A stretch of 64,000 nt of DNA from an uncultured Thermodesulfobacteriota bacterium (lineage in GTDB: Bacteria; Desulfobacterota; JBBIRW01), in the NCBI GenBank assembly GCA_964505185.1, contig CAZDGM010000002.1, positions 72,597 through 136,596 on the forward strand, given 5' to 3'. Numbering within the stretch: the first letter of the stretch is position 1; each line of letters begins with the position of its first letter. Shown here piece after piece: positions 8,554 through 18,567 of this stretch. Position numbers and translations under genes: made by a program. A model generated the notes under the pieces. The model saw nothing but the letters and a program-made list of their open reading frames with translations. It had not been told where the DNA came from and ran no database searches.

Positions 8554-9286
8554 TCTCCCAATCTTCAAGAAATCTCATCCCTCCGGGTTTCAGGTTTCTG
8601 AGAGTAACAGGTCCAAAAGCGATCCTTTTTAATGATTTAACAGCGTGACCGAGGGCATAACACAATCTCCTTATCTCCCTCTTTTTCCCTTCAGTCATTA
8701 CAACTTCAAGGATTGACCAAGCCCTGCCCTTCTTCCTCACATAAACCTCTTTTACCCTTGCAAGACCATCATCCATCCTTATGCCCTTCCTCATTCTTTC
8801 GAGAACCTCCCTGGAAGGGCATCCTTCGACCTTAACAATGTATCTCTTTTCAATTCCAAACCGGGGATGTGTAATCCTTTCTGCAAGATTCCCGTCGTTG
8901 GTTAAAATTATTAACCCTTCAGAATCCTTATCCAGTCTTCCGGCATGAAAAAGACGCCATGGGAGATTTTTCACAAAATCACCTATGCATCTTCTCTTAA
9001 AAGGATCCTCCATGGCTGTTATCACACCACGAGGTTTGTAAAAGCCAATATAAATTTTTTCTTTATAAAGCCTTATGGGCTTTCCATCAATCTTTATTAT
9101 GGAAGTCAGCGGATTTACCTTTAGCGTAAGATCTCTTACAACTTTTCCATCAACATCAACTCTTCCCTCAAGGATAAGCCTTTCCGCTTTTCTTCTTGAT
9201 GCAATACCAGCCATTGCAATGATCTTATGAAGCCTTTCAAAAATAACCCTTTCTTTATTATCTTCTATAGTTATCATTGTTCTCAT
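8480..9286 (-). CDS. 23S rRNA pseudouridine synthase (RluB/RsuA family; S4 domain + PseudoU_synth_2)
   Basis: S4 domain GIASRRKAERLILEGRVDVDGKVV and catalytic region GRLDKDSEGLIILTNDG. The likely start is an internal Met (MRTMITIED) overlapping the end of scpB. The ORF track's upstream extension is doubtful. Confidence 0.8.
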   Translation of the reverse strand: MRTMITIEDNKERVIFERLHKIIAMAGIASRRKAERLILEGRVDVDGKVVRDLTLKVNPLTSIIKIDGKPIRLYKEKIYIGFYKPRGVITAMEDPFKRRCIGDFVKNLPWRLFHAGRLDKDSEGLIILTNDGNLAERITHPRFGIEKRYIVKVEGCPSREVLERMRKGIRMDDGLARVKEVYVRKKGRAWSILEVVMTEGKKREIRRLCYALGHAVKSLKRIAFGPVTLRNLKPGGMRFLEDWEIRALLSSRSSSLPSSSIPPASFPQ

Positions 9287-9863
9287 TCCTTTCCGGAACA
9301 ACCTGTTCCCTCTCCTCAATAAGAATTTCTGACTCGCCGTTAATTTCATCGAGATCCTTTAACGTTGGAAGGTCCTTTATATTGCTGAGACCAAATAACT
9401 CAAGAAATTCTCTTGTTGTGCCATATAGCAGGGGCCTTCCCGGAACGTCCTTTTTTCCAACAATCCTTATAAGTTTTCTCTCAAGAAGCGCCCTTAGAAT
9501 CCCTCCTGAATCAACACCTCTTATATATTCTATTTCACTTCTTGTTATAGGCTGTCTGTAGGCAATTATAGCAAGCGTCTCCATTGCCGGCCTGCTTAAT
9601 CTTGCAGGCTTCATCTGTAAAAAATTTTTTATGTATTCACTGAAGTCACTTTTTGTTCTCATCTGATATCCACCGGCAACCTCAACAATCTCTATACCTT
9701 TAGTGCTTGATTGATATTCTTCAATCATCTCATATAGAGCATCCCTGATCTTTGATTTTTCTTCACCGATTACCTCTTTAAACTTATCGAGATCTATCGG
9801 TTTGTCCGAAACAAAAAGAAGTGCTTCAATTATTGCTTTCAGGGTATCCCTCTCCAATTTCAT
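9258..9863 (-). CDS. scpB: Segregation and condensation protein B (ScpB)
   Basis: 201 aa with ScpB-type winged-helix repeats (IIEALLFVS..., RLSRPAMETLAIIAYRQPITRSEIE). It follows scpA with overlap. Confidence 0.85.
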   Translation of the reverse strand: MKLERDTLKAIIEALLFVSDKPIDLDKFKEVIGEEKSKIRDALYEMIEEYQSSTKGIEIVEVAGGYQMRTKSDFSEYIKNFLQMKPARLSRPAMETLAIIAYRQPITRSEIEYIRGVDSGGILRALLERKLIRIVGKKDVPGRPLLYGTTREFLELFGLSNIKDLPTLKDLDEINGESEILIEEREQVVPERNENNDNYRR

Positions 9864-10605
9864 CCCCCATTTCAGAAATTATCTTTTTGCAACTTTCAGC
9901 ACTAACGAGAAGAGTTATGTAAATAGGCCCGAACAGCTCAAACTGGTATATGTGAATGAGAGAAATTTTTGCAAGTTCAAGAATCGCAATGAAAGTTGCT
10001 ATAATATGTTGCTTTGTATAGCTGCTATCAAAAAGCTCATCAAATTGTTTTTTACCATTCTCCAATTTCTGAACAATGGACAGCATTACCTCTTTTATGT
10101 TTATTTTTTCACTAACAAATTCATAAATCTCGGAGAACCTGGATCTCTCTATAATTCTTCTGAATGCGTCAAGCAGATCAAAAAGCGAAACGTCAACATG
10201 CACTTCATCCTTGATGGTATTATGGGAAATTTCCCTTACAAAGACATCCCTGTTTACTAATTTCCTCTTTTCCAGTACTTCTGCCAGATCCTTGAATTTT
10301 TTATATTCGAGCAATCGCTCCACAAGTTCCTTTCTTGGATCCTCGATCACTTCCTCATCATCCTCCCTTTCTTCAGGAAGTAGCATCCTTGATTTCAGGT
10401 ATAAAAGGGTGGATGCCATAACCAGAAATTCACCCGCAATTTCAAGATTGAGAAATCTCATTAATTCAAGATACTCCATATACTGCTTTGTTATCATTGC
10501 CACGGGAATATCTCTGATATCAACTTCATTCTTTTTTATTAAATGGAGGAGAAGATCAAGGGGACCTTCAAATATTTCAAGTTTAATCTTCGGAACTGAA
10601 TTCAT
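9826..10605 (-). CDS. scpA: Segregation and condensation protein A (ScpA)
   Basis: 259 aa with the conserved N-terminus FEGPLDLLLHLI. It overlaps trpS by 4 nt. Confidence 0.85.
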   Translation of the reverse strand: MNSVPKIKLEIFEGPLDLLLHLIKKNEVDIRDIPVAMITKQYMEYLELMRFLNLEIAGEFLVMASTLLYLKSRMLLPEEREDDEEVIEDPRKELVERLLEYKKFKDLAEVLEKRKLVNRDVFVREISHNTIKDEVHVDVSLFDLLDAFRRIIERSRFSEIYEFVSEKINIKEVMLSIVQKLENGKKQFDELFDSSYTKQHIIATFIAILELAKISLIHIYQFELFGPIYITLLVSAESCKKIISEMGDEIGEGYPESNN

Positions 10606-11591
10606 CGTGTAGAACCGAAAACTGCTTCTCTGACTACTTCCATTGTTTTTTCTGCTACCTCTCTCGCCTTTCTGTTGCCTTCCTCAATAATCATGGGAAT
10701 TTCATCAATGTGTTTTTCAATCTCCATTCTCCTCTCCCTTATCGGCTCGATAAATCTTATAACGTTGTTAATTAAAACAGATTTACAATCAACACAGCCT
10801 ATGGAAGCTGTTCTACAACCACTGGCGAGATGTTGCCTTTTTTCATCATCTGTAAATATTTTATGCAGCCAGAAAACGGGGCAGACTTCCGGCTCACCCG
10901 GGTCAAATCTCCTTTTTCTATTTGGATCAGTAATCATATGCAGTATCTTCTTTTTTATCTCCTCGTCAGAATCTGTAAGGTATATTGCATTTCCATAGCT
11001 CTTGCTCATTTTTCTTCCATCCGTTCCCGGTACCTTTGGAACTTCTGTAAGAAGTGCATGGGGTTCTGTAAAAACATTGCCGTATAGATAATTAAATCTT
11101 CTCGCTATCTCCCTGGCAAGTTCTATATGTGGAACTTGATCAACACCAACGGGAACATAATCAGCATTGTATACTAATATATCAGCAGTCTGCAGAAGAG
11201 GATAACCAAGAAATCCATATGTGTTGAGATCTCTATCCTTCAGTTCCTGCTGGATTTCTTTGTAGCTTGGAACCCTTTCAAGCCATCCCAGTGGCGTTAT
11301 CATTGAAAGTAAAATATGGAGTTCGGCATGCTGTTTTATTTCTGATTGTATAAAGATTACACTCTTTTCCGGATCTATCCCAGCACTAAACCAATCAATA
11401 AACATCTCAAAGGTATTTTTCTTTATTGTCTCAGGATTTGCATATTCGGTTGTCAGTGCATGCCAGTCTGCAGCAAAAAAGAAACATCTATAGCTTTCCT
11501 GTAGCTTGACCCAGTTATCGAGGGCACCGAAAAGATGACCAAGATGAAGCCTTCCTGTTGGTCTGTTTCCGCTGAGAACAACTTTCTTCAT
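10602..11591 (-). CDS. trpS: Tryptophan--tRNA ligase
   Basis: 329 aa with class I HIGH-type motif (GRLHLGHLFG) and KMSKS. Confidence 0.9.
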   Translation of the reverse strand: MKKVVLSGNRPTGRLHLGHLFGALDNWVKLQESYRCFFFAADWHALTTEYANPETIKKNTFEMFIDWFSAGIDPEKSVIFIQSEIKQHAELHILLSMITPLGWLERVPSYKEIQQELKDRDLNTYGFLGYPLLQTADILVYNADYVPVGVDQVPHIELAREIARRFNYLYGNVFTEPHALLTEVPKVPGTDGRKMSKSYGNAIYLTDSDEEIKKKILHMITDPNRKRRFDPGEPEVCPVFWLHKIFTDDEKRQHLASGCRTASIGCVDCKSVLINNVIRFIEPIRERRMEIEKHIDEIPMIIEEGNRKAREVAEKTMEVVREAVFGSTR

Positions 11592-11619
11592 CTCTTTCCT
11601 CCTAAACCTATAAAATCTC

Positions 11620-12324
11620 CTAATACCGGAGGAGCAGTTTTTTAAATAGATCTATTGCTGGCCAGAATAATCTGTTCATAATCCCCAGTGGATTAAATAT
11701 AAGGATTGAAGCGATTAATATTATACCTATAGGTTCAACCTGTTCCAGAAGACGTGAGTATCTTTCCGGAAGGAGACCAACAAGAACCCTTCCTCCATCT
11801 ACAGGTGGAATTGGAATAAGGTTAAAGAATGCGAGCAGGATATTTATTTCTACAGAGACAACCATCATCAATAAAAGTGGAACAAGAAAGAGGTCGATCC
11901 ATCCGCCCTTATAATAAAGCATTCCTGGATGATTAACGAAGTAAATAAGCTCAGGATATAAATATGTAATAATATGAAACAAAAATGCGCTTACCAGTGC
12001 AAGCATGATGTTCGTTGCAGGACCTGCTCCTGAGACCCATATCATATCTCTCTTTGGATTTCTGAGATTATAAAAATTAACAGGAACAGGCTTTGCATAA
12101 CCAAAAACCACCCGGCCACCAGAAATGTAGTAAAGAAAAAATGGAAGAAGCACGGTGCCAAATATATCTATGTGATGTAATGGATTAAGTGTGAGTCTGC
12201 CCATCATCTTTGCTGTGGGATCACCAAGGATATAGGCAACATACCCGTGTGCCACTTCATGGAGCGTTATTGCAAGAAGAACAGGAACAATTGCTATTAA
12301 TATTTCCTGAAGCATGCTTTGCAT
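11620..12324 (-). CDS. Peptidase M50 / site-2 protease family membrane metalloprotease
   Basis: 234 aa, multi-TM, with the HEVAHG (HExxH) zinc motif in the first TM segment. Confidence 0.7.
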   Translation of the reverse strand: MQSMLQEILIAIVPVLLAITLHEVAHGYVAYILGDPTAKMMGRLTLNPLHHIDIFGTVLLPFFLYYISGGRVVFGYAKPVPVNFYNLRNPKRDMIWVSGAGPATNIMLALVSAFLFHIITYLYPELIYFVNHPGMLYYKGGWIDLFLVPLLLMMVVSVEINILLAFFNLIPIPPVDGGRVLVGLLPERYSRLLEQVEPIGIILIASILIFNPLGIMNRLFWPAIDLFKKLLLRY

Positions 12325-12351
12325 ATTCCATTTTTTCTATCAGAGCTTATT

Positions 12352-14967
12352 TTAACTGTCAACCCCGTAATATCTCCTTACATAATTCTCCTCATCACTT
12401 CTTGATAGGATCTCCCCATTCAATCGGGCCTCGAGAAGCTCCCTTAATATCTTTCCAATAACTGGCCCCTCACTGAATCCCATCCTTACCAGGTCCTTTC
12501 CTGTAAGCTCCGTCTTCAAATCCTTTAATCTCGTAAAGAAGTAGGATATAGCCCTTCTCACCTTTTCCTCTTTTGTTTTAGCGAGAATGAACAGTTGCCC
12601 CTCGAGACTGAGTGGCATCATAGCATTATATATCTCACTTCCCCTGATTTCCCCCTTTCCTTCAAGCTGAATCCTTTTTTCCTCAGCAGCGAGTTTCTCA
12701 TCAAAAAGATTCCTTCTGATACTACCCATGACCTCCAGCCGATCGAGCATCTCCCTCAGCTCATCTGCATTAAGAAAATTGGTCAGTGCATAGAAGCGAA
12801 TCTCTGGTTTATTTACAACTTCCTTTCTGTAAAGAAGTTCATACCATGAAATTACATTATCTATTGATTCAAAAAGCCTTTCCATCTCTTCATTAAATAT
12901 TAATTTTCTATGAAGGAAGTGAAGGGCATCGATCTGCTGCATTTTTTTTATGCATTCGACATATCCCTCTTCTTCAAGGATATGGAAGAGTTCCTGAAAT
13001 ATCCTTTTACCGGATACTTTCTCAAGGAGTTCAAGTTTTATGGCGTTTTTCATGAGATTCAGTGTATGTTTACTTATCTGGAAACCAAGCCTTTCCGAAA
13101 GCCTTACCGCTCTGAATATACGTGTGGGATCCTCAACAAAACTGAGATTATGTAATACTCTTATAACCCTTTCTTTCAGATCCTTTTGACCGCCAAAAAA
13201 ATCTATTATATTTCCCCATCCCTCGGGGTTCAACTTGATTGCAAGTGTATTAATTGTGAAATCCCTTCTGTAAAGATCAAGCCTTATTGAACCCCTTTCG
13301 ATTGTAGGAAGTGCACCTGGTGACTGATAATATTCAAGACGGGCTGTTGCAACATCCAGTGAAAAACCATCGGGCCAGATAACACGAGCCGTGCCGAATT
13401 TCATATGCGGCTTCATCCTTGCTCCGTAAGATTCTGCAAGATTTCTGGCAAAGGCAATCCCATCCCCCTCAACAACTATATCAATATCAAGGTTTTCAAC
13501 CCCCAGTAAAAGATCTCTTACAAATCCACCAACAACATATGCAGTAAAAGACATGGATTCTGCAATTGATCCAGCTCTTTTTAAAAGCTCAAGAATTCGA
13601 GATGGTAAAACCTTTTCAAGGGTTTGTGAAAGATCCCTTTTTAACCCATGGGATTCAGCATCAACATTGTTAAGAATCTCCATTTCCCCGTAAAATCTTA
13701 AAAGATCTGTCCTTGTTATAGCACCAACAATCCTCTTATCTTTTAGTACAGGCAGGAAACGTTGATTATTTTTTATGATTATTCTTGTGATTTCCTCAAT
13801 AGATGAGTCAGGGGATACAGTTTCAAATTCTGTAATCATATAATCCCTTACAGGAAGATTTTCCAACCCATGATGCCTTGCCCTTTCTATAATCTGTCTT
13901 GAAATAATCCCAACCACCTTATCGCCATCAACAACGGCAGTTGCATTTATATTGTATCTTGAAAGTATTTCGAATGCCTCATGCAGTGTTGCTTTGTAAT
14001 CAACAGTCTTAACAGGAAAAAACATCATATCCCTTGCCTTTTTACCGGTCCCTGTAAATTCCCTTAAATATCCAAGCAACCTTTCCTTTATCTCTTCAAC
14101 ATGTGCTGATTTTATTGAAGCAGAACCTGCTGTTGGATGACCACCTCCGCCTACGGTGCTCATAAGCTCACCTATGTTTATCCCCTTTTCTCTGCTCCTT
14201 CCAACAACAACAACCCTGTCCCCCATTCTTGCAATTGCAAGAAGTACATTTAAGTCTTCCATTGCCATCATCTTCTGAACAATTACAGCAAAGTCAGGAA
14301 TAAACTCGTCCGAGAAACATTCAGCAACAGTAACCTCTATACCTCCAAAATTATACTTCTCCATACTTTTAATCAATTGGTGCAATAGATCTATCTGCAC
14401 CGATGTAATCTCTTTTGCTAACATGCTTGAGACCACCGATAAATTTGCACCTTTTGAGAGTAAGTATGCGGCAGCTGTAAAATCTTCCTCCGTTGTAGAT
14501 GGAAATAGCAGTGAGCCTGTGTCTTCATATATACCAAGCATGAGTACTGTTGCCTCATCAGGTGTAATCTCAATCCCCTTCTCTTTAAGGATATGGGTGA
14601 GTATGGTTGTTGTTGAGCCAACAGGTTTTACCACTTCAAGATCACCTTTTATATCATCATCGTTTGATGGATGATGATCATAGATATGTATTTCAACATC
14701 CCCCCTATCCACAAGTTCTGAAAAAATGCCTATCCTGCTTTTCTGTCTCACATCCACAAGTATAAGTCTCCTAACTTTTTTAAGGTCTATGTTCTTTGCC
14801 TTTTCCAGATCTATCATATATCCAGCACTCTTTATTATGAAATCCCTTAGACTCCTGTCCTGTGATCCAGGAAATACAATCTTTGCATCAGGATAGAGCT
14901 TCTTCGCTGCAAGCATTGAGGCGAGGGTATCAAAGTCAGCATTTATATGCGTTGTGATAATCTGCAT
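12352..14967 (-). CDS. Multidomain tRNA nucleotidyltransferase/poly(A) polymerase with N-terminal DHH-DHHA1 phosphoesterase and tandem CBS domains
   Basis: 871 aa. DHH motif IYDHHP, GGGH (DHHA1), a CBS pair, then the PolyA_pol head domain GGFVRDLLLG...DIDI and an HD-like tail. Confidence 0.8.
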   Translation of the reverse strand: MQIITTHINADFDTLASMLAAKKLYPDAKIVFPGSQDRSLRDFIIKSAGYMIDLEKAKNIDLKKVRRLILVDVRQKSRIGIFSELVDRGDVEIHIYDHHPSNDDDIKGDLEVVKPVGSTTTILTHILKEKGIEITPDEATVLMLGIYEDTGSLLFPSTTEEDFTAAAYLLSKGANLSVVSSMLAKEITSVQIDLLHQLIKSMEKYNFGGIEVTVAECFSDEFIPDFAVIVQKMMAMEDLNVLLAIARMGDRVVVVGRSREKGINIGELMSTVGGGGHPTAGSASIKSAHVEEIKERLLGYLREFTGTGKKARDMMFFPVKTVDYKATLHEAFEILSRYNINATAVVDGDKVVGIISRQIIERARHHGLENLPVRDYMITEFETVSPDSSIEEITRIIIKNNQRFLPVLKDKRIVGAITRTDLLRFYGEMEILNNVDAESHGLKRDLSQTLEKVLPSRILELLKRAGSIAESMSFTAYVVGGFVRDLLLGVENLDIDIVVEGDGIAFARNLAESYGARMKPHMKFGTARVIWPDGFSLDVATARLEYYQSPGALPTIERGSIRLDLYRRDFTINTLAIKLNPEGWGNIIDFFGGQKDLKERVIRVLHNLSFVEDPTRIFRAVRLSERLGFQISKHTLNLMKNAIKLELLEKVSGKRIFQELFHILEEEGYVECIKKMQQIDALHFLHRKLIFNEEMERLFESIDNVISWYELLYRKEVVNKPEIRFYALTNFLNADELREMLDRLEVMGSIRRNLFDEKLAAEEKRIQLEGKGEIRGSEIYNAMMPLSLEGQLFILAKTKEEKVRRAISYFFTRLKDLKTELTGKDLVRMGFSEGPVIGKILRELLEARLNGEILSRSDEENYVRRYYGVDS

Positions 14968-14975
14968 TGAGAACT

Positions 14976-15872
14976 CTATGATCTTGGATGATATCTTTTA
15001 TGGATTTCCCTGAGTCTCTCCCTTGTAATATGTGTATAGATCTGGGTGGTTGATATATCAGTGTGACCGAGCATCATCTGTACAGATCTAAGATCCGCGC
15101 CTCCTTGCAGAAGGTGTGTGGCAAAGGAATGTCTTATCATATGGGGAGTAATTCTCCTGCTTATTCCAGCCCTCTTTGCATACATTTTCAATCTCATCCA
15201 GAAGGATTGTCTTGTTATTTTTCTCCCCCTCGATGTAATGAACAAGTAGGATGATTTCTTCCCGTTAAGGATTTTTCCCCTGAAATTTTGAATATAGTGT
15301 CTGATTTTCTCCAGCGCCTCATCCCCTATAGGAACTATCCTTTCCTTTGACCCCTTTCCCATAATCCTTATATACCCTAATTCCAAGTCTATCTGATTCA
15401 TTGTAAGTGTTACAAGCTCAGTTACCCTTAGACCTGATGCATACATCAGCTCGATCATTGCTGCATCTCTCGATCCAAGTGGGGAGGATATATCAGGAGA
15501 ATTAAGAATCCGTAAGACCTCGTCATAGGTAAGAACATCGGGAAGGTTCCTTTTAATCTTTGGCGAATCCACAACAACTGATGGATCTTTTTCCGAGAAT
15601 CCCTCCTTTAACATGTACCTGTGGAAATTTCTTATTACCGCAAGCTTCCTTGCAATTGATCGTTGCTCGATGCCGCGTCTGTTAAGTTCCATAAGATAGG
15701 ATCGGATAATAAAGTGGTCAATTTCGTCAGGTTCTACGATCCCTTTATCTTTCAAGAAACTGATGTACTGCCATATGTCGGATGAATATGCTATAATTGT
15801 ATTTCTGGAAAGTCCCTTTTCAACAAGAAGATACTGGATATATTTTTCATATATCTCTTCAAATTCCATCAA
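14976..15872 (-). CDS. Tyrosine site-specific recombinase XerC/XerD
   Basis: 298 aa with the R...HxxR...Y catalytic set (RHSFATHLL, GHTDISTTQIYTH). It has a chromosomal housekeeping context and no phage or IS genes nearby. Confidence 0.85.
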   Translation of the reverse strand: MMEFEEIYEKYIQYLLVEKGLSRNTIIAYSSDIWQYISFLKDKGIVEPDEIDHFIIRSYLMELNRRGIEQRSIARKLAVIRNFHRYMLKEGFSEKDPSVVVDSPKIKRNLPDVLTYDEVLRILNSPDISSPLGSRDAAMIELMYASGLRVTELVTLTMNQIDLELGYIRIMGKGSKERIVPIGDEALEKIRHYIQNFRGKILNGKKSSYLFITSRGRKITRQSFWMRLKMYAKRAGISRRITPHMIRHSFATHLLQGGADLRSVQMMLGHTDISTTQIYTHITRERLREIHKRYHPRS

Positions 15873-18543
15873 TTACCCGATACAACTCCTGCTTTATATC
15901 CTCTATCCTTCCCTGATCCATAATCTTCCATCCAAATTTATCCCTCACATAAAAAACATCTGCCACCTGATCAACCTTTGTAGAGATCTTTGCCACAAAT
16001 ATGTACAGTCCAAGTTTTGCCATAGTGCTCGTAATATCATATAACAAACCAACCCTGTCAACTGTATAAATATCAATTACCGTATATGCATCGGAGACGG
16101 TATTGTCTATCTCTATTCTGGTTGGCGTCTTCGGTGGCACCCTATCTTTAACAGATGAGGGTTTTCTTTTACGGGCAAGCAGTTCTTCAATTTTTATTCT
16201 TCCTTCAAGCGTGTCCAGAAGATCCTTTTCAAAAACCTTCCATTTCCTTTCATCTATAACTGCTTCCTTCAATGGACTGTTAACCTGAAAAACATCTATT
16301 ACCCTTCCATCCTTCCCAGTATATATCTGTGCCCCAAGGATATTGATTGAATTGGCTGCCATACAACCAGTGATAATAGAAAAAAGCCCCATTCGGTCAT
16401 CAGTTGAAATTATAACCTCTGAATATCCCTTATCAGGAAACGATTCTACTTCGGTAAGCAATGGATTGGAGCCTCTTTTTTTATCAGCAAGAAAATGTTT
16501 GCATATGGAGGAAGGAGTTGTTGAGATAAGATAAGAAGGAGACATGTTATCAAGAAATTCATCAATTTCTTCAATAGAGTAAGGAGGAGAAAGCAGTCTT
16601 TCAACCTCCCTTCTTGTCTCGAGACCTTTTTCTTCAAGCCTCTTCAATATATCCTCACCACTTTCGAGAATCTCATAAGCTTTAAGATACAGCTCCTGAA
16701 GCAGCATACCCTTCCACTCGTTCCATACCCTCGGCCCGACGGCTCTGAGATCTGAAAAGGTAAGGAGAAAGAGATATTTTAATCTTTCCACATCGCCTAT
16801 AGCTTTTGAAAACTGAAGCACAAGTTTTGGATCGTGAAGGTCCCTTCTCTGCGCAATCTCAGACATGTAAAGATGATTTCTCACAAGGAATTCAAGAAGC
16901 TCCGCTTTTTCCTCCGGCATATTCCATCTCCTTGCAAGATTCCTGACTATCGTGGCCCCCCTTTCAGAATGATTGTTACCTTCACCTTTTCCTATATCAT
17001 GCAACAGGCAGGAAAGAACAAGAACATCCTTCCATCTTATCTCCTTTCCTATCTGGGTTAACAGTGGAAATTCTGCCTCATATTCTCCATCAAGAACTTT
17101 TTTAATTTCACAAACAGTATAAATTGAATGTGTATCAATTGTATATACATGATAAAGATCATACTGCGCCTTGCAAAAAAGCTTTCCAAATTCCGGAATC
17201 ATCGCCTGAAGTATACCAAGCTTATTCATCTCTGAGAGCGTCTTGCCTGGATTCTTACCATTGATTATTTTAAAGAAAATATCCCTCGCACGGCTTGAAT
17301 TCATTATATCTTCATTAAAGAGATGGATCCTCTCTCTGATTATGTCAAGAGATTTACTTGATATCGGAATTCCATGAGAATCAGAGATATAGAAAGCATC
17401 AAGCATAATAAGTGGATCTTCATTAACATGTTCGTTAGAGATATGTATTTCATCATCAATCAAAAATATACCCCTACTTAAGGTCTTTTTGCTGGAGCAA
17501 GGGCGCTTTTTTTCCTTATGCTTATTTTCCTTCAGACATCTTTCTATAATTCTTCCTGTTATATAATGAATGTTGGATGCATGCCTGTAGTAATCACTTA
17601 TGAATTTCTCCACAGCCTTTGTTTTCTCATCATCAAAGTAACCCAGATTCCTGGCGATCTTCTCCTGGAATTCAAATATAAGCTGGTCATTTTTCCTTCC
17701 ACTGAGATAATGAATTTCGCATCGTAATTTCCTTACGAATTCCCATGCTTCCTCCAGTTCCCTCCTTTCCCTATCAAGCAGAAGGCCAGCCCTCTGAAGG
17801 TGCTGGGGCTTATCAGCACTATGTGTAAGTCTCGAGATCCAGATTGCGGCGTGTATATCCCTGAGACCGCCCTTTCCATCTTTTATATGAGGTTCGAGAA
17901 TATAAACTGTGTCGCCATATTTTCTGTGGCGCATTTCCATTGCTTTTATCTTATCTTCGATGAAAGCCCTCAACCTCTTTCGATATACAGCACTCATTAC
18001 ATCATCCTCAAATTTCCTATAAAGATCCCTATCACCTGCTAGGTATCTTGAATCAAGTAAGCTTGTCCTCACGGTAAAATCGGTGCTGCATTGTTTTATG
18101 CAGTTGCTTATTGTTTTTATGCTATATCCAACATCAAGACCCGAATCCCAAAGGATATAAAGTATGTCTTTCGCAATCTTCTCCAAGGTAGTATTGATCT
18201 TTTTTCTATGGATAAAAAGCAGATCAATGTCCGAATGGGGGTAAAGCTCCCCCCTTCCATAGCCCCCTGTGGCTATTAGGGTAATCCCCTCTGCTGAAGA
18301 TCCGGTTGATTCGCAACTATTCATACAGGATTTCTCGAAGATCTTTTTTATTGCACGATCAACAAGATAGGTGTGTGCCATTACAGTATCTGATCCGGAT
18401 GCACCCAAACGATGGTGTTTATATATTAGTTCGTATCCCTTTTTCAGGTATTCTTTTACACTCGTAATGAGCGATCCCTCTTTTCCTCCAATAATTGAGA
18501 TTAATCCATCTATATTTTTTCTTAGCTCGAAAGAATCATGCAT
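15859..18543 (-). CDS. glnD: [Protein-PII] uridylyltransferase/uridylyl-removing enzyme GlnD (NTase + HD + 2 ACT)
   Basis: 894 aa with the nucleotidyltransferase motif GGYGRGELYPHSDIDLLF, the HD motif CLLHDIGKG and two C-terminal ACT domains. Confidence 0.85.
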   Translation of the reverse strand: MHDSFELRKNIDGLISIIGGKEGSLITSVKEYLKKGYELIYKHHRLGASGSDTVMAHTYLVDRAIKKIFEKSCMNSCESTGSSAEGITLIATGGYGRGELYPHSDIDLLFIHRKKINTTLEKIAKDILYILWDSGLDVGYSIKTISNCIKQCSTDFTVRTSLLDSRYLAGDRDLYRKFEDDVMSAVYRKRLRAFIEDKIKAMEMRHRKYGDTVYILEPHIKDGKGGLRDIHAAIWISRLTHSADKPQHLQRAGLLLDRERRELEEAWEFVRKLRCEIHYLSGRKNDQLIFEFQEKIARNLGYFDDEKTKAVEKFISDYYRHASNIHYITGRIIERCLKENKHKEKKRPCSSKKTLSRGIFLIDDEIHISNEHVNEDPLIMLDAFYISDSHGIPISSKSLDIIRERIHLFNEDIMNSSRARDIFFKIINGKNPGKTLSEMNKLGILQAMIPEFGKLFCKAQYDLYHVYTIDTHSIYTVCEIKKVLDGEYEAEFPLLTQIGKEIRWKDVLVLSCLLHDIGKGEGNNHSERGATIVRNLARRWNMPEEKAELLEFLVRNHLYMSEIAQRRDLHDPKLVLQFSKAIGDVERLKYLFLLTFSDLRAVGPRVWNEWKGMLLQELYLKAYEILESGEDILKRLEEKGLETRREVERLLSPPYSIEEIDEFLDNMSPSYLISTTPSSICKHFLADKKRGSNPLLTEVESFPDKGYSEVIISTDDRMGLFSIITGCMAANSINILGAQIYTGKDGRVIDVFQVNSPLKEAVIDERKWKVFEKDLLDTLEGRIKIEELLARKRKPSSVKDRVPPKTPTRIEIDNTVSDAYTVIDIYTVDRVGLLYDITSTMAKLGLYIFVAKISTKVDQVADVFYVRDKFGWKIMDQGRIEDIKQELYRVIDGI

Positions 18544-18567
18544 TTCTAATTATTCCCGAGGATCTAT

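Noticed and set aside
14976-15872. Tyrosine recombinase as a marker of a mobile element
   Set aside because: It has a XerC/XerD-type sequence with a housekeeping context (glnD, amidase) and no phage, IS, att-site or tRNA association. It was treated as the chromosome dimer-resolution recombinase.
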